Source: Actinomycetota bacterium | Lineage (GTDB): Bacteria; Actinomycetota; Actinomycetes; Nanopelagicales; Nanopelagicaceae | DNA: 64,000 nt | Direction: 5' to 3' | NCBI GenBank assembly: GCA_947487595.1 | Contig: CANKXJ010000001.1 | Coordinates: 1,689-65,688, forward strand | Part shown: piece after piece, positions 1-11,995 of the stretch | Layout of the letters: the number at the start of each line of letters is the position of its first letter | How positions within the stretch are numbered: position 1 is the stretch's first letter | Translations under genes and position numbers: made by a program | Notes under the pieces: generated by a model | What the model saw: only the letters and a program-made list of their open reading frames with translations | What the model was told of the DNA's origin: nothing | Databases searched by the model: none

Positions 1-822
1 ACCTGGTTCTTCAGGATTTGGAAATGCAACAGTTGGAAAATCAGGATCTGGATTTGCTTGAGAGTCAACCAAGATGGGCTGTGGAAATCCTGCTTTATGA
101 AAAACATGTTGAAGTGTCTCAGTTCCCACCCCATGCATTGCCGTGTAAACAATCTTTAGGTTTCCAGGCTTATCTGCAAGAGCTGCTGTAATCCCGATGT
201 ATTTATGAACAACTTCTTCGCCTAACACTGTCCATTCTTTTCCACGGGGCTGTGAAGCTAGAGATGTGATTGAATCTATTTTTTGTGCAATTGACTCATC
301 TGTTGGAGAAATAATCTGTGAACCACGGTAATGGATTCCATCAACCGTGCCACCTAAATAAACTTTGTAACCATTATCTTGTGGGGGATTGTGGCTAGCG
401 GTAACCATAATTCCCACGTCGCACTTCAATTCATTTGTGGCAAAAGCTAGTACTGGCGTAGGAAGTGGGCGAGGCAAGACATAAACCTTCATGCCAGCAC
501 CACTCATAATTTGCGCAGTTTCAAAAGTGAAATCCTCAGAGCCATAACGGGCATCACGGCCAATTACTACTGAAGTTAAATTACGCTCCTTCATATATGC
601 CGCAATTCCTGCAGCAGTACGACCAACAACTGCTCGGTTCATTCCTGAGGGCCCTGGGCGAGTGGGACCACGCAAGCCAGCTGTACCAAACTGCAAAAAG
701 CCATTAAATGATGCGCGTAGTTCTACTTCATTATTGGTATCTAGCCATTGCTGTAATTGGGCAGCAGTTTTTGGATCTGGATCATCAGTAATCCATGCTT
801 GAACTTCTTGTGTCAGATCCAT
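1..822 (-). CDS. Phospho-sugar mutase (phosphomannomutase/phosphopentomutase-like), 3' end runs off the window
   Basis: Not in ORF track. Manual translation from ATG at 822 gives MDLTQEVQAWITDDPDPK...FGTAGLRG...MNRAVV...TASHNPPQDNGYKVY (alpha-D-phosphohexomutase motifs); downstream of punA. Confidence 0.88.
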   Translation of the reverse strand, partial: MDLTQEVQAWITDDPDPKTAAQLQQWLDTNNEVELRASFNGFLQFGTAGLRGPTRPGPSGMNRAVVGRTAAGIAAYMKERNLTSVVIGRDARYGSEDFTFETAQIMSGAGMKVYVLPRPLPTPVLAFATNELKCDVGIMVTASHNPPQDNGYKVYLGGTVDGIHYRGSQIISPTDESIAQKIDSITSLASQPRGKEWTVLGEEVVHKYIGITAALADKPGNLKIVYTAMHGVGTETLQHVFHKAGFPQPILVDSQANPDPDFPTVAFPNPEEPG

Positions 823-826
823 GTTC

Positions 827-1657
827 CTAGAATAACTTCGGAATTACCCCTTTGAGAAGAGCGCCCATACGATCTGCAGCGGCCTTTCCAGCGGCAATAA
901 CTTCTTCATGATTAAGTTTTTCACCAGTAACACCGGCAGCTGCATTAGTGACTAATGAAATTCCAAGAACTTCAGCACCTAGTGCATGTGCTGCAATTGC
1001 TTCAGGAACTGTGGACATACCAACTAAATCTGCCCCCATAGTGCGCATCATTATAATTTCTGCTGGAGTTTCATATGTTGGCCCGCGCCAATGCACGTAG
1101 ACACCTTCTTCAAGTGATGAATCTTCCTTCTTTACAATTTCGCGGATTCGCTTGCTATAGAGATCTGTTAAGTCAACAAAAGTTGCACCAGATAAAGGAG
1201 ATACAGCGGTTAAAGAAATATGATCACGAATTAGAACGGGCTGGCCAACTTTGTAGGCCTTGTTTATTCCACCGCACGCATTAGTTAAAATAACTACTTT
1301 GCATCCAGATTTAACCGCTGTCCGAACGCTATGCACGACCGGTTCAACACCTTTGCCTTCATAGAGATGTGTGCGACCTAAAAATACTAGTGCCTGCAGT
1401 TTCTTGCCATTTCCCTCAATTTCATAGGAGCGAACTTTTCCTGAGTGCCCCTCAACTGTTGGAGGAAGGAAACCAGTTATATCTTCAGCATTGCATTCAT
1501 ATTGTGCTATTCCAAGTGCATCAACTGCGCTCACCCAACCAGAACCCATTACTAAGGCAACATCATGGGATGTGACTCCTGTGCGTTCCGTGATTTCTTT
1601 AGCTGCAGCAGTGGCTGCGGCTAATGGATCTGAATAGAGGAGATCGCTATTTGTCAT
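827..1657 (-). CDS. punA: Purine nucleoside phosphorylase
   Basis: [36 protein letters not shown] motifs. Confidence 0.95.
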   Translation of the reverse strand: MTNSDLLYSDPLAAATAAAKEITERTGVTSHDVALVMGSGWVSAVDALGIAQYECNAEDITGFLPPTVEGHSGKVRSYEIEGNGKKLQALVFLGRTHLYEGKGVEPVVHSVRTAVKSGCKVVILTNACGGINKAYKVGQPVLIRDHISLTAVSPLSGATFVDLTDLYSKRIREIVKKEDSSLEEGVYVHWRGPTYETPAEIIMMRTMGADLVGMSTVPEAIAAHALGAEVLGISLVTNAAAGVTGEKLNHEEVIAAGKAAADRMGALLKGVIPKLF

Positions 1658-3372
1658 GCATCAATGATGTCACAAAGAGCTGTTCCACTAGAAACCGTGG
1701 CCCCAATTGCAGCGCTCAAATTACCAATCACACCAGCTTTATGAGCCATTAATGGCTGTTCCATTTTCATCGCTTCTAGAACTATAACTAAATCTCCAAC
1801 TTCAACTCGATCGCCTTCCTTAACTGCAATCTTCACAACGGTTCCCTGCATGGGGCTAGTAAGTGCTGTGCCTCCTGCTCCACCTGCCATGGATTGCTTT
1901 GCACGATGGCGCTTCACTACAGGCTTCGGAGCATGTACTAAGACTTCAAAGCGCTTTCCATTTACTTCAGCAACCAAATGTTCAGGTGCCATATGTGTCT
2001 CAAGTGGCACAACAGGTGCCTGGTACATTGGAATCTCATTGTTAAATTCATTTTCAATATAACTGGTGTAGATCTTAAAATCTTGTGTAAATGCGCGATC
2101 TTCAACAATTGCTCGGTGGAAAGGAAGCGCTGTAGCTAAGCCTTCGACGTTGAATTCAGCCAAGGCACGACGAGCACGCTCAATTGCTTGTTCGCGTGTT
2201 GCACCAGTGACAATGAGTTTTGCTAATAATGAATCAAAATTACCACCGATGGTGTCGCCATTCTTAAAACCAGCATCAACTCTGACGCCAGGTCCAGTTG
2301 GAATAACCCAGTCAGTAATGCGTCCAGGTGCTGGGAGGAATGAGCGACCTGGATCTTCACCATTAATACGAAATTCAATTGAGTGTCCACGAATGACTGG
2401 GTCATCAAAGCCAAGTGATTCGCCCATCGCAATTCTAAATTGTTCTCGAACTAAATCAATCCCTGTAACTTCTTCGCTCACAGGGTGCTCAACTTGCAAG
2501 CGAGTATTTACCTCTAGGAATGAAATTGTTCCATCAAGTCCAATTAAGAATTCGCAAGTACCCGCACCGACGTAGCCAGCTTCTTTCATGATGGCCTTAC
2601 TTGATTTATAGAGCTCTTCTTCTTGTGCTTTGCTTAAAAATGGTGCAGGAGCTTCTTCAATAAGCTTTTGGTGGCGGCGTTGCAGTGAACAATCTCGTGT
2701 ACTGACAACTACTGCGTGGCCATGCTTATCAACTAAAACTTGAGTTTCAACGTGGCGGGGCTTATCCAAATAGCGCTCGACGAAGCATTCACCGCGACCG
2801 AATCCACTTATAGCTTCACGAACGGCAGATGCAAATAACTCTGGAATCTCTTCCATCGTGCGGGCAACTTTTAATCCACGTCCACCACCACCATGAGCGG
2901 CCTTAATTGCAACAGGTAACCCGTGTTCCTTTGCAAAAGCTATAACTTCTTCATGTCCTTCAACTGGATCTGCGGTTCCTGCAACAAGTGGTGCTCCCGC
3001 TTTGGCTGCAATTTTACGTGCAGAGACTTTATCGCCCAACGCACGAATCGCTGCAGGTGCAGGTCCAATCCAAATAAGTCCTGCATCAATTACCGCTTGA
3101 GCAAAGTTTGCATTTTCAGATAAGAATCCATAACCAGGATGAACCGCATCAGCACCTGATTGCTTGGCAGCTTTTATCAGTTTTTCAATATTTAGATAAG
3201 TCTCAGTAGCGGTTGTTCCATGCAGGGAATAAGCAGCATCAGCCATCTGAGAATGAATTGCATTACGGTCTTCTTCTGAATAAACCGCAACGCTTTCTAA
3301 CCCATGATCTTTACATGCGCGAATGATTCGGACAGCAATCTCTCCACGATTAGCAATTAAAACACGCTTCAT
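1654..3372 (-). CDS. bccA: Acetyl/propionyl-CoA carboxylase alpha subunit (biotin carboxylase + BCCP)
   Basis: [30 protein letters not shown] and C-terminal EAMKM biotinylation motif. Confidence 0.95.
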   Translation of the reverse strand: MKRVLIANRGEIAVRIIRACKDHGLESVAVYSEEDRNAIHSQMADAAYSLHGTTATETYLNIEKLIKAAKQSGADAVHPGYGFLSENANFAQAVIDAGLIWIGPAPAAIRALGDKVSARKIAAKAGAPLVAGTADPVEGHEEVIAFAKEHGLPVAIKAAHGGGGRGLKVARTMEEIPELFASAVREAISGFGRGECFVERYLDKPRHVETQVLVDKHGHAVVVSTRDCSLQRRHQKLIEEAPAPFLSKAQEEELYKSSKAIMKEAGYVGAGTCEFLIGLDGTISFLEVNTRLQVEHPVSEEVTGIDLVREQFRIAMGESLGFDDPVIRGHSIEFRINGEDPGRSFLPAPGRITDWVIPTGPGVRVDAGFKNGDTIGGNFDSLLAKLIVTGATREQAIERARRALAEFNVEGLATALPFHRAIVEDRAFTQDFKIYTSYIENEFNNEIPMYQAPVVPLETHMAPEHLVAEVNGKRFEVLVHAPKPVVKRHRAKQSMAGGAGGTALTSPMQGTVVKIAVKEGDRVEVGDLVIVLEAMKMEQPLMAHKAGVIGNLSAAIGATVSSGTALCDIIDA

Positions 3373-3971
3373 TGCATCGCCTTGACCTCTGGCCAGGAAT
3401 AGCCAAGTTGCTCAAATGCTTTTCTAACAAAGGGCATAGATATTCCGACTACATTTGTGTAGTCACCTTCAATTGAGGGGATAAAGGGAGAGCTAAATCC
3501 ATCAAGAGTAAATCCACCAGCAACCTGTAAGGGTTCACCGGTAGCAACATAGTCTGCAATTTCAGCATCAGTCATATTGTCAAAAGTTACTTTTGTTGTG
3601 ACGATGCTTGAAATCTCCTTGTCCTTTGTTGTATCAATAATGCAGTGACCTGTGTGGAGTAGCCCGGAATTACCGCGAACTCTAGAGGCACGCTCAATTG
3701 CGATCTCTGGTGTTGCAGGCTTGCCAAGAGATTGTGAATCAAATTCAAATGTTGAATCACAGCCAATAATTATCGCTGGAAAATCTATGTGCTCCCGAAT
3801 TGTGTGAGCCTTAGTTATGGCTAAGGCAATCACCATATCGGCAGGCTTCATCGCATTGAAGAAATCAGTTTCCTCATTAACATGGCTGACCATGATTGTT
3901 GGCTTTAATCCAGCTGATTCAAGCAAACGGCGTCTGGACACGGATGCAGAAGCTAAAACAATTCTTGGCAT
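3369..3971 (-). CDS. maf: Maf-family nucleoside triphosphate pyrophosphatase
   Basis: [34 protein letters not shown]. Confidence 0.92.
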   Translation of the reverse strand: MPRIVLASASVSRRRLLESAGLKPTIMVSHVNEETDFFNAMKPADMVIALAITKAHTIREHIDFPAIIIGCDSTFEFDSQSLGKPATPEIAIERASRVRGNSGLLHTGHCIIDTTKDKEISSIVTTKVTFDNMTDAEIADYVATGEPLQVAGGFTLDGFSSPFIPSIEGDYTNVVGISMPFVRKAFEQLGYSWPEVKAMQ

Positions 3972-3974
3972 TGC

Positions 3975-4157
3975 TTATGAGTTCTTTCGTGCGCCGAAAG
4001 TAATTTTATGAGACAACCCTTGTCGTAGTTGTGGCAAACCATAAATGCTTCGACGAATCACAGGCTTTAGCTCTTCACGTTTGTGTTGGGCCAAAGCCGA
4101 TTTGAGTGCCTCCAACTCTTGCGCAGTGGGATCTCCTTTAATTATTGAAAACTCCAT
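3975..4157 (-). CDS. Acyl-CoA carboxylase epsilon subunit
   Basis: 60 aa with IIKGDPTAQELEAL motif, located between the beta subunit and maf. Confidence 0.8.
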   Translation of the reverse strand: MEFSIIKGDPTAQELEALKSALAQHKREELKPVIRRSIYGLPQLRQGLSHKITFGARKNS

Positions 4158-5728
4158 TACAGCGGAATATTTCCGTGCTTGCGCGCAGGCAATGTGTCGC
4201 GCTTAGTGCGCAATGTCCTAAATGCTTTTGTAATGTATGCGCGTGATTGATTTGGTTCAATCACTGTGTCGATTGTTCCACGCTCAGCAGCTAAGTATGG
4301 ATTTGCAAGTGATTCATTGTATTCATCGATTAACTCAGCTCTTGCAGCGACTGGATCTTTTGCTTCAGCGATTTCCTTACGATATAAGATATTAACTGCA
4401 CCTTGGGCGCCCATTACAGCAATCTCAGCACTTGGCCAAGCAAAGTTAATATCGCTACCAAGATATTTAGAACCCATGACGATAAATGCTCCACCATATG
4501 CTTTACGAGTAATGAGAGTTACAAGTGGCACGGATGCTTCTGCGTAGGCATAAAGTAATTTGGCTCCTCGGCGAATGATTCCATCCCATTCCTGCTCAGT
4601 TCCCGGCAAGAAACCAGGCACATCAACAAGAGTCAAGATTGGGATATTGAATGCATCACAAAAGCGCAAGAATCGCGCAGCTTTTTCGCTGGAGTTAATA
4701 TCGAGTGTTCCAGCCAACTGATTAGGTTGATTTGCAATGATTCCAATTGTTTCACCTTCGATACGAGCAAAGCCAACAACGATATTTGGGGCATAGAGTG
4801 CATGGACTTCTAGGAACTCTGCTTCATCGACTAACGCTTGAATCAAAACCTTCATGTCATATGGCTGATTTGGACTATCTGGAATCAAAGTATCGAGGGC
4901 AATGTCGGATGCATTCTTTTCTAAAAGCTCTGTTGGTGGAAGATGTGGAGCTCTATCCATATTATTTGATGGTAAATATGAAAGAAGCGCTTTAACGTAA
5001 TCAATAGCATCGGCTTCATTTTCAGCTAAGTAGTGTGAATTACCAGTACGAACATTATGAGTTCGTGCTCCACCTAACTCTTCCATTCCTACTTCTTCGC
5101 CAGTTACTGTCTTAATAACGTCTGGACCAGTAATAAACATGTGTGATGTTTCGTTAACCATCACAGTGAAATCTGTGAGCGCAGGTGAGTATGCAGAACC
5201 ACCAGCACATGGGCCAAGGATCAAAGAGATTTGAGGAATAACACCAGAAGAGCGAGTGTTAAGGCGGAAGATTTTTCCATAACCTGCAAGTGAAGCAACG
5301 CCTTCTTGAATACGTGCGCCACCGGAGTCATTAATTCCAATAAGTGGAATTCCACTCTTTAAAGCAAACTCAGCAATCTTGACGATTTTTTCTGCATGAA
5401 CTTCACCAAGTGAACCACCCATGATTGTGAAATCTTGTGAATACAATGCAATCGGACGCCCATCTACAGTTGCAGTACCAATTACAACACCATCACCGTA
5501 TGGACGATTATTTTCCATTCCAAATTGTGTTGAGCGGTGGCGGGCGAACTCATCAATTTCAGTAAATGAATCTGGGTCAACCAACATTTCAATACGCTCA
5601 CGGGCAGTGTTCTTCCCCTTGGCATGCTGCTTCTCAACAGCGCGTGCTGAGCCAGCGTGTACCGCTTCCTCAACGCGCGCACGTAGATCTTCGATTTTCC
5701 CGGCAGTTGTATGCAGATCACGGCTCAT
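4157..5728 (-). CDS. pccB: Acyl-CoA (propionyl-CoA) carboxylase beta subunit
   Basis: [32 protein letters not shown]; start moved to ATG 5728 (MSRDLHTT), 6 nt after a TACCGT -10. Confidence 0.93.
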   Translation of the reverse strand: MSRDLHTTAGKIEDLRARVEEAVHAGSARAVEKQHAKGKNTARERIEMLVDPDSFTEIDEFARHRSTQFGMENNRPYGDGVVIGTATVDGRPIALYSQDFTIMGGSLGEVHAEKIVKIAEFALKSGIPLIGINDSGGARIQEGVASLAGYGKIFRLNTRSSGVIPQISLILGPCAGGSAYSPALTDFTVMVNETSHMFITGPDVIKTVTGEEVGMEELGGARTHNVRTGNSHYLAENEADAIDYVKALLSYLPSNNMDRAPHLPPTELLEKNASDIALDTLIPDSPNQPYDMKVLIQALVDEAEFLEVHALYAPNIVVGFARIEGETIGIIANQPNQLAGTLDINSSEKAARFLRFCDAFNIPILTLVDVPGFLPGTEQEWDGIIRRGAKLLYAYAEASVPLVTLITRKAYGGAFIVMGSKYLGSDINFAWPSAEIAVMGAQGAVNILYRKEIAEAKDPVAARAELIDEYNESLANPYLAAERGTIDTVIEPNQSRAYITKAFRTLRTKRDTLPARKHGNIPL

Positions 5729-5746
5729 ACCCCTACGGTACATGTC
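5729..5746. promoter_or_regulatory. Putative bidirectional leaderless promoter (overlapping -10 hexamers) for pccB and birA
   Basis: + strand TACGGT 5734-5739, 7 nt before ATG 5747; - strand TACCGT 5740-5735, 6 nt before ATG 5728. Confidence 0.65.
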
Positions 5747-6505
5747 ATGGGCAAGCAAATGCTAAGAGCGGCACTTGATAAGTCAGTTATCAACTCATTG
5801 ACTACGCAGTACTGGCGAGTAAGCGTGGTTGATGTCACCACATCGACTCAGACCGCTTTAGTGACACGAGCGATTGCCGGAAAAGTAAAACCTGGTGATG
5901 TCATTACTGCGAATTTTCAGAGAGCTGGGCGCGGGCGAATGTCGCGTACTTTTGAGGCACCAAAAAATAGTGCGCTTTTATTTTCATTTTATTTAAAACC
6001 ACAGAGGAAAAAAGAAGACTGGGGTTGGATTTCCTTAATCGCCGGTACATCTGTTGCACAAGTTCTCAAAAAGTATAGTGCAACAGTTAAGTGGCCAAAT
6101 GATATTTTAATTAAAGAAAAGAAAGTTTCAGGATTAATCTGTGAATTTAATGGAGAAGGTGTTGTTGTTGGAATTGGAATTAACGTAGGAATGACCATAG
6201 ATGAATTACCTGTTCCAACTGCGACATCACTTGCAATTGAAGGTGCAACCAATATTGATCGGAACCACCTTTTGGCCGATGTACTAAATGAGTTTGAATC
6301 GATTTTCACCCACTGGGATCTGGGTGATGACTCAATCACGGGCCTGTATACATCCCTCTGTTCAACCCTTGGAACAAAAGTTCAGATTCACTATCCAAAT
6401 GATTTGATAGAAAAAGGAATCGCGACGGGCATTTCTGCTCGGGGCGAGTTGATTTTAGACTCAGGAAGCCATGTTCAAGCAGGCGACGTAGTTCATCTAC
6501 GATAA
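5747..6505 (+). CDS. birA: Biotin--[acetyl-CoA carboxylase] ligase (no N-terminal HTH)
   Basis: QRAGRGR, KWPNDI, KKVSGLI, GIGINV; start 5747 or 5759. Confidence 0.92.
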   Translation: MGKQMLRAALDKSVINSLTTQYWRVSVVDVTTSTQTALVTRAIAGKVKPGDVITANFQRAGRGRMSRTFEAPKNSALLFSFYLKPQRKKEDWGWISLIAGTSVAQVLKKYSATVKWPNDILIKEKKVSGLICEFNGEGVVVGIGINVGMTIDELPVPTATSLAIEGATNIDRNHLLADVLNEFESIFTHWDLGDDSITGLYTSLCSTLGTKVQIHYPNDLIEKGIATGISARGELILDSGSHVQAGDVVHLR

Positions 6506-6509
6506 GCCG

Positions 6510-7622
6510 GTGAGTAAGCATTTTCCAACTGTTGGCGTAATTGGTGCTGGGCAATTAGCTCGCATGAGCGTTGCTCCTGCCGCTGCACTTGGAGTCAATC
6601 TCTTATTACTTGCAAATGATGCTCAAGATAGCGGAGCACAAATAACAAACCACGTGGTCGGTGACTATAAGGATCTTGAAACTGTCCGTGCATTTGCGCG
6701 CAAGTGTGATGTGATTACTTTTGAACACGAACTCATCCCACTGAGCATCATTAAAACTTTAGAGGCTGATGGGGTTGTGGTTCGCCCAAGTTCTGCCAGC
6801 TTTTTATATTCGCAAGATAAAGCTGCGATGCGTCAGAGACTGAGCAATTTCCCTTCGCCAAGAAACTCAGTAGTAATTAAAGTTGAAGAAGTAAGTGAAT
6901 TTCCAGTAATTGCTAAAGCTATTTCAGGCGGTTATGACGGCCGCGGCGTGTGGAAAATCAATAGCCAAGCAGAGCTTGCTGCAGTATTAAAAGAAGTTGG
7001 TAAAGTTTTAATTGAAGAGCTCATTGATTTTGATTATGAAATAGCGGTCATGGTGGCCAGATCTCCTCATGGTCAAGCAACTACGTGGGCTCCAACTCAA
7101 ACCATCCAGCGCGATGGCATATGCGTCATGACAATTACGCCAGCTCCAGAGTTATCCGATGAATTAAGCGAGAAGGCACAGAAATTAGCTTTAGATATTG
7201 CCAATGAAATTGGTGTTGTTGGAGTTATGGCTGTTGAAATTTTTGTCAAAGGCGAAGAACTCTTTATCAATGAATTAGCAATGCGTCCTCATAACTCTGG
7301 ACACTGGACGATTGAAGGTTCAATAACTTCTCAGTTTGAGCAACACCTGCGAGCTATTTTAGATCTTCCCCTTGGAAATCCACAGATGACTGCCCCCATT
7401 GCCGTAATGGGAAATATCCTGGGAGGGGACAAGGTGGATATGTTTCGTCCATATCTACATCTCATGGCCCGCACGCCAGAGTTGAAGTTTCACCACTATA
7501 AGAAGGAAGTACGCCCTGGGCGCAAGATTGGCCATGTTAATTTGCTAGGCGATAACCTCGTAGAATTAACCCAAGAAGTTCAACATGCCCTTGATTACAT
7601 GAGCGGAGAAATTGATGAGTGA
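6510..7622 (+). CDS. purK: N5-carboxyaminoimidazole ribonucleotide synthase
   Basis: [38 protein letters not shown]. Confidence 0.96.
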   Translation: MSKHFPTVGVIGAGQLARMSVAPAAALGVNLLLLANDAQDSGAQITNHVVGDYKDLETVRAFARKCDVITFEHELIPLSIIKTLEADGVVVRPSSASFLYSQDKAAMRQRLSNFPSPRNSVVIKVEEVSEFPVIAKAISGGYDGRGVWKINSQAELAAVLKEVGKVLIEELIDFDYEIAVMVARSPHGQATTWAPTQTIQRDGICVMTITPAPELSDELSEKAQKLALDIANEIGVVGVMAVEIFVKGEELFINELAMRPHNSGHWTIEGSITSQFEQHLRAILDLPLGNPQMTAPIAVMGNILGGDKVDMFRPYLHLMARTPELKFHHYKKEVRPGRKIGHVNLLGDNLVELTQEVQHALDYMSGEIDE

Positions 7623-8121
7623 TGTAGCAATCATCATGGGATCAGATTCTGATTGGCCGGTAATGGAGGAGGCTGCGAAAGTTCTAGATCAATTAGGAAT
7701 TTCTTACGAAACAGATGTTGTTTCGGCTCATCGTATGCCACTTGAAATGGTTGAGTTTGCGCAAAGCGCAGCGGGTAAAGGATTTAAAGTAATTATCGCT
7801 GGTGCTGGTGGAGCTGCACATTTACCTGGAATGGTTGCTTCATTAACCACACTTCCGGTAATCGGAGTTCCTGTTGCGCTAAAAAACCTTGATGGAATGG
7901 ATTCATTACTCTCGATTGTGCAGATGCCAGCAGGCGTCCCAGTGGCAACTGTTGGTGTGGGTAATGCCAAGAACGCAGCCTTACTTGCGGCTCGAATTCT
8001 AGGAATCTCTGATTCAGCAATTAGCGCCAAAGTTGCAGATGCTTTAAAGGAAATTAATGCTGACGCTAAAGCTAAAGGCGCAAGTTTGAATTCACGCCGT
8101 GGGCAAAAAACTGGTTTCTAG
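7615..8121 (+). CDS. purE: N5-CAIR mutase
   Basis: [34 protein letters not shown]. Confidence 0.97.
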   Translation: MSDVAIIMGSDSDWPVMEEAAKVLDQLGISYETDVVSAHRMPLEMVEFAQSAAGKGFKVIIAGAGGAAHLPGMVASLTTLPVIGVPVALKNLDGMDSLLSIVQMPAGVPVATVGVGNAKNAALLAARILGISDSAISAKVADALKEINADAKAKGASLNSRRGQKTGF

Positions 8122-8480
8122 TTTTTCTTTCTATACTCAATAGCTGGGCATCTATCCATCACTGTTAATAACCCCGCAGCTTGTGCACGAGCAATAGCCT
8201 CATGATCAATGACATCTAGTTGCAGCCAAATAGCTTTGGCTCCAATAGCTATTGCTTCATCTACGACTTTGCCTACAAGGGTGGAGTTAACAAAACAATC
8301 AACTACATCTATAGGCCCTGGGATTTCTGAAAGCATCTTATAGCCAACCTCACCGTGCACGGTTTCTGCACGAGGATAAACAGGAACGATACGATGACCT
8401 TTATCTTGTAAAAGCTTTGCCACACCGAATGCTGCGCGCTCTGGGTTATTTCCAAGCCCAACAACAGCCCATGTCTTCAT
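8118..8480 (-). CDS. CoA-binding protein (YccU-like)
   Basis: WAVVG, IDVVD, AIWLQL, MDRCP; true start may be further upstream (see findings). Confidence 0.88.
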   Translation of the reverse strand: MKTWAVVGLGNNPERAAFGVAKLLQDKGHRIVPVYPRAETVHGEVGYKMLSEIPGPIDVVDCFVNSTLVGKVVDEAIAIGAKAIWLQLDVIDHEAIARAQAAGLLTVMDRCPAIEYRKKN

Positions 8481-8511
8481 TGCAAGGACTGCATCGATGC
8501 TTTCTTGCTCG

Positions 8512-9822
8512 TTAATCGGTGCGTCCTAAAGCATGGAACTTCCAACCGGCTTTGCGCCATAGTTCTCGGTTAAGCATATTGCGTCCATCAATAATGATCT
8601 TTCTTTTAACTAATGAAGAAAGAGTTACTGGATCGATAGCTCGATACTCCTTCCATTCAGTCAGATGCAAGATTAAATCAGCGTCTTTAACTGCATCTGT
8701 GACTACTTCTGCATATTTAAGCTTTGGAAAACGCTTACGCGCAGGTTCAATTCCCTTGGGATCATGAACAACCACAGCTGCTCCAGCTGCTTGTAACTGA
8801 ACAGCAATATCAAGTGCTGGGGAGTCACGCACATCATCACTATCTGGTTTGAAAGTGGCCCCAAGAACAGCGATTTTGTATTGAGTTAAATCCTCTGAAA
8901 GTTCGCTTCGAACAACGTCGATTACACGCTGGCGTGCTCGCAAGTTAATTGCATCGATTTCACGCAAGAATTCAAGGGCTTGCTTCGCACCTAACTCTTC
9001 AGCGCGTGCCATAAATGCTCGAATATCTTTTGGAAGACAACCACCACCAAAACCAATACCGGCCTGCAAGAACTTATTTCCAATACGTGGGTCATAGCCA
9101 ATTGCTTGAGCAAGGACCGTAACATCACCGCCAGCAGCTTCACATACTTCAGCCATAGCGTTGATGAAAGATATTTTTGTCGCAAGGAAAGAGTTCGCAG
9201 CAACCTTTACAAGTTCTGCAGTTGGAAGATCTGCTCTAATCCAAGGGGTTCCTAAATCTATAATTGGTTTATAAACTTGCTTAAGAATCTGCTCAGCGCG
9301 ATCGTTAGCAACACCAACGACTAAGCGATTAGGAGTCAATGTGTCTTCAACTGCAAAACCTTCACGTAAGAACTCTGGATTCCAGGCAAGATCCGCTTGC
9401 GGTGCTATTTTAGCGAGCTGCTCACGAAGTGATTGAGCGGTTCCTACAGGAACAGTTGACTTTCCAACAACTAATGAGCCATCTTTTAAATATGGTGCAA
9501 TCTCAGTAATTGCAGAGCGCACGTAAGTCAGATCTGCTGCAAGACTGTCTTTACTCTGTGGAGTTCCAACACAAACAAAATGAATGTCAGCATCTTTAAC
9601 TGCCGAAAAATCAGTTGTAAATGAAAGACGACCTGTCTTCATTTCTTTGGCTAGTAAAGTGTCTAAACCAGGCTCATAAAATGGAAGCGTGCCATTTTGT
9701 AGCATCGCCACTTTATTGGGATCAGTATCAACACCAATCACGGTAAAGCCAAGAGAAGACATGCATGCGGCATGTGTTGCGCCTAGATAGCCGCATCCAA
9801 CTACTGAAAGAGTCAATGTCAT
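8512..9822 (-). CDS. ugd: UDP-glucose 6-dehydrogenase
   Basis: GCGYLG, CVGTP, KSTVPVGT, NPEFLREG, GFGGGCLPKD, FKPDSDDVRDSP. Confidence 0.95.
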   Translation of the reverse strand: MTLTLSVVGCGYLGATHAACMSSLGFTVIGVDTDPNKVAMLQNGTLPFYEPGLDTLLAKEMKTGRLSFTTDFSAVKDADIHFVCVGTPQSKDSLAADLTYVRSAITEIAPYLKDGSLVVGKSTVPVGTAQSLREQLAKIAPQADLAWNPEFLREGFAVEDTLTPNRLVVGVANDRAEQILKQVYKPIIDLGTPWIRADLPTAELVKVAANSFLATKISFINAMAEVCEAAGGDVTVLAQAIGYDPRIGNKFLQAGIGFGGGCLPKDIRAFMARAEELGAKQALEFLREIDAINLRARQRVIDVVRSELSEDLTQYKIAVLGATFKPDSDDVRDSPALDIAVQLQAAGAAVVVHDPKGIEPARKRFPKLKYAEVVTDAVKDADLILHLTEWKEYRAIDPVTLSSLVKRKIIIDGRNMLNRELWRKAGWKFHALGRTD

Positions 9823-9832
9823 GGGCGCGAGT

Positions 9833-10948
9833 TTACTTCAGTGCTCCGCAGGGATTTTCATCAGCGGTACGAGTCTTAAATTTATCAATTACAGTTGGAG
9901 ATGCTGACGCGCTGGATGATGCTGATGGTGAAGGGGTTACCTCATCAACCAACGGTAAATCTTCACGTAAACGGTTAAATAGATCAGGTGCTAGTACAGA
10001 ATCCCAGATCACAACTGATCCAAGTCCTGGCACACGAGCATTTGCATTACCTAAAGGAATTGTCAGAGTACGAACTTTACTTGGGGAGAGATTCTTGAGT
10101 TGTTTAGCCAGAACAATCAAGTCATTTCGATTGAGCTGAGAATCTGTTCGAACTGTTGCAATAGTTGCATTGAAAAAATTGACTAACTTAATTGGATTGA
10201 GAAGAACTCCAGTACTTGTCACTTTTCTTAGGACGGCGCTCATGAATTGCTGTTGACGCTGCATACGCCCAAGATCGCCCATTCCATCAAAGTCACGGGT
10301 ACGAACGTACTTGAGCGATTCAATTCCATCAAGAGTATGGACACCAGCTTTCAAAACCAAGTGACTGTTTGGATCATCAATATCGCGCTTTGTGCAAACA
10401 TCAATTCCACCCAAAGCATCTACCATTCCAGCAAAACCGGCAAAACCAATTTCAACATAGTGATCAATTTTTATGTTGGTTTCTTCTTCAATAGTTTGAA
10501 TTAATAGTGGAGCACCACCCCAAGCAAAAGCTGCGTTAATTTTCCCCTTAGCTGCAGGAACAATTTTCTCTTTATTGAGGGAAGAAGGATGTTCAGGAAT
10601 GGTCACAAGGGAATCTCGGGGAATAGAAATGATTGTTGCTTTGTCACGAGATTTACTAATGTGGATCAGAAGCATGGTGTCTGATCGAGCACCTGCTGCT
10701 GCCTTAGTGGTTCCTACGCGCAATAACTTTGATTGTTCTTTAGTTAAGCCTTCACGTGTATCTGAACCCACTAATAAATAATTGAGTGCAGAACTGGGCT
10801 TATCTGGGCGATTATCTAGTGAGCCAAATACATCGATGCGATTAATTGCTCCGCTGACTTGGCCCAAACCCAACCAAGAAAACGCGGAGATGGCGACAAC
10901 GGCTAGGGATAGTGAGGTAATAATGCGTATTGGTCGCGTCGCTCTCAC
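9833..10948 (-). CDS. LCP (LytR-CpsA-Psr) family glycopolymer ligase
   Basis: N-terminal TM, LLVGSD, RSDTMLL, SIPRD, KINAAF, DLGRMQRQQ. Confidence 0.93.
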   Translation of the reverse strand: MRATRPIRIITSLSLAVVAISAFSWLGLGQVSGAINRIDVFGSLDNRPDKPSSALNYLLVGSDTREGLTKEQSKLLRVGTTKAAAGARSDTMLLIHISKSRDKATIISIPRDSLVTIPEHPSSLNKEKIVPAAKGKINAAFAWGGAPLLIQTIEEETNIKIDHYVEIGFAGFAGMVDALGGIDVCTKRDIDDPNSHLVLKAGVHTLDGIESLKYVRTRDFDGMGDLGRMQRQQQFMSAVLRKVTSTGVLLNPIKLVNFFNATIATVRTDSQLNRNDLIVLAKQLKNLSPSKVRTLTIPLGNANARVPGLGSVVIWDSVLAPDLFNRLREDLPLVDEVTPSPSASSSASASPTVIDKFKTRTADENPCGALK

Positions 10949-10984
10949 CGTGTAAGAGTACTTGGACGATACGGTGTAGGGGTT

Positions 10985-11995
10985 ATGACGACATCAGCAA
11001 ATGAGTTATATGGCTCACCGGAGCCCAAAATCTCAGTCATCCTGCCGGTTCTCAACGAATCTAAATATTTAGAAGAGGCCGTGAAGGCCGTTCTTGATCA
11101 GAATTTTGTAGGCGAGATTGAAATTATTTTAGCTGTTGGACCATCCCATGATGGAACTGAAGTAATTGCTTACTCATTAGCTAAAGCGGATTCGCGTGTT
11201 GTGGTTGTTTCAAATCCCACAGGGCGCACTGCTGCAGGTCTCAATCTGGCAGTTGCTGCAAGTAGATACTCAATCATTGTGCGCGTAGATGGTCACTCTA
11301 GAATTCCACATGATTATCTATCCCTAGCTTTTGAAATCTTAAAAGATACTGGCGCTGTCAATGTTGGCGGCATTATGGCCGCACAAGGCCACACAGTTTT
11401 TGAGAGGAGTGTGGCAGGAGCAATGCGCAGCCCATTAGGTGTTGGAGCCTCTCGTTTTCACACAGGTGGCGGGGCCGCATCGGTAGATACGGTTTATCTA
11501 GGAGCATTTAGAAAACAAGCTTTAATGGCCGTTGGGGGATTTGATGAGAGATTTACACGTGCACAGGATTGGGAGTTAAACTTTCGATTGCGTGCAGCTG
11601 GGGGGACCATTTATTTCGATCCTCGATTAGTTGTTACTTACCGCCCACGATCAACTGTTGTAGCACTTACGAAACAGTATTTTGAATATGGACGTTGGCG
11701 TCGAGTTGTTTCTCGCAGACATGAAGGCACAATTAATTACAGGTATCTTGCCCCTCCATTTACAGTAATTGGCGTTGTTTCATCATTGATCCTCGGTGCG
11801 TTAGTTTCACCTATTCTCTTCTTACCAGCACTGACTTATGCTTTATTTATTCTCATCGCATCGGCAAGAATTGGTGAATCACTCGGTGAGTTTGTCTCAC
11901 TGCCACTTATTTTGCTGACAATGCATATGACATGGGGTATTGGCTTTCTAACTTCGCCAAAGTCGTTAGCGCCTGCGGTAACCTTACGACCGTGA
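10985..11995 (+). CDS. Glycosyltransferase family 2 (ExoA-like) with C-terminal TM helices
   Basis: SVILPVLNE, RVDGH, GGFDE..RAQDWELNFR. Confidence 0.9.
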   Translation: MTTSANELYGSPEPKISVILPVLNESKYLEEAVKAVLDQNFVGEIEIILAVGPSHDGTEVIAYSLAKADSRVVVVSNPTGRTAAGLNLAVAASRYSIIVRVDGHSRIPHDYLSLAFEILKDTGAVNVGGIMAAQGHTVFERSVAGAMRSPLGVGASRFHTGGGAASVDTVYLGAFRKQALMAVGGFDERFTRAQDWELNFRLRAAGGTIYFDPRLVVTYRPRSTVVALTKQYFEYGRWRRVVSRRHEGTINYRYLAPPFTVIGVVSSLILGALVSPILFLPALTYALFILIASARIGESLGEFVSLPLILLTMHMTWGIGFLTSPKSLAPAVTLRP

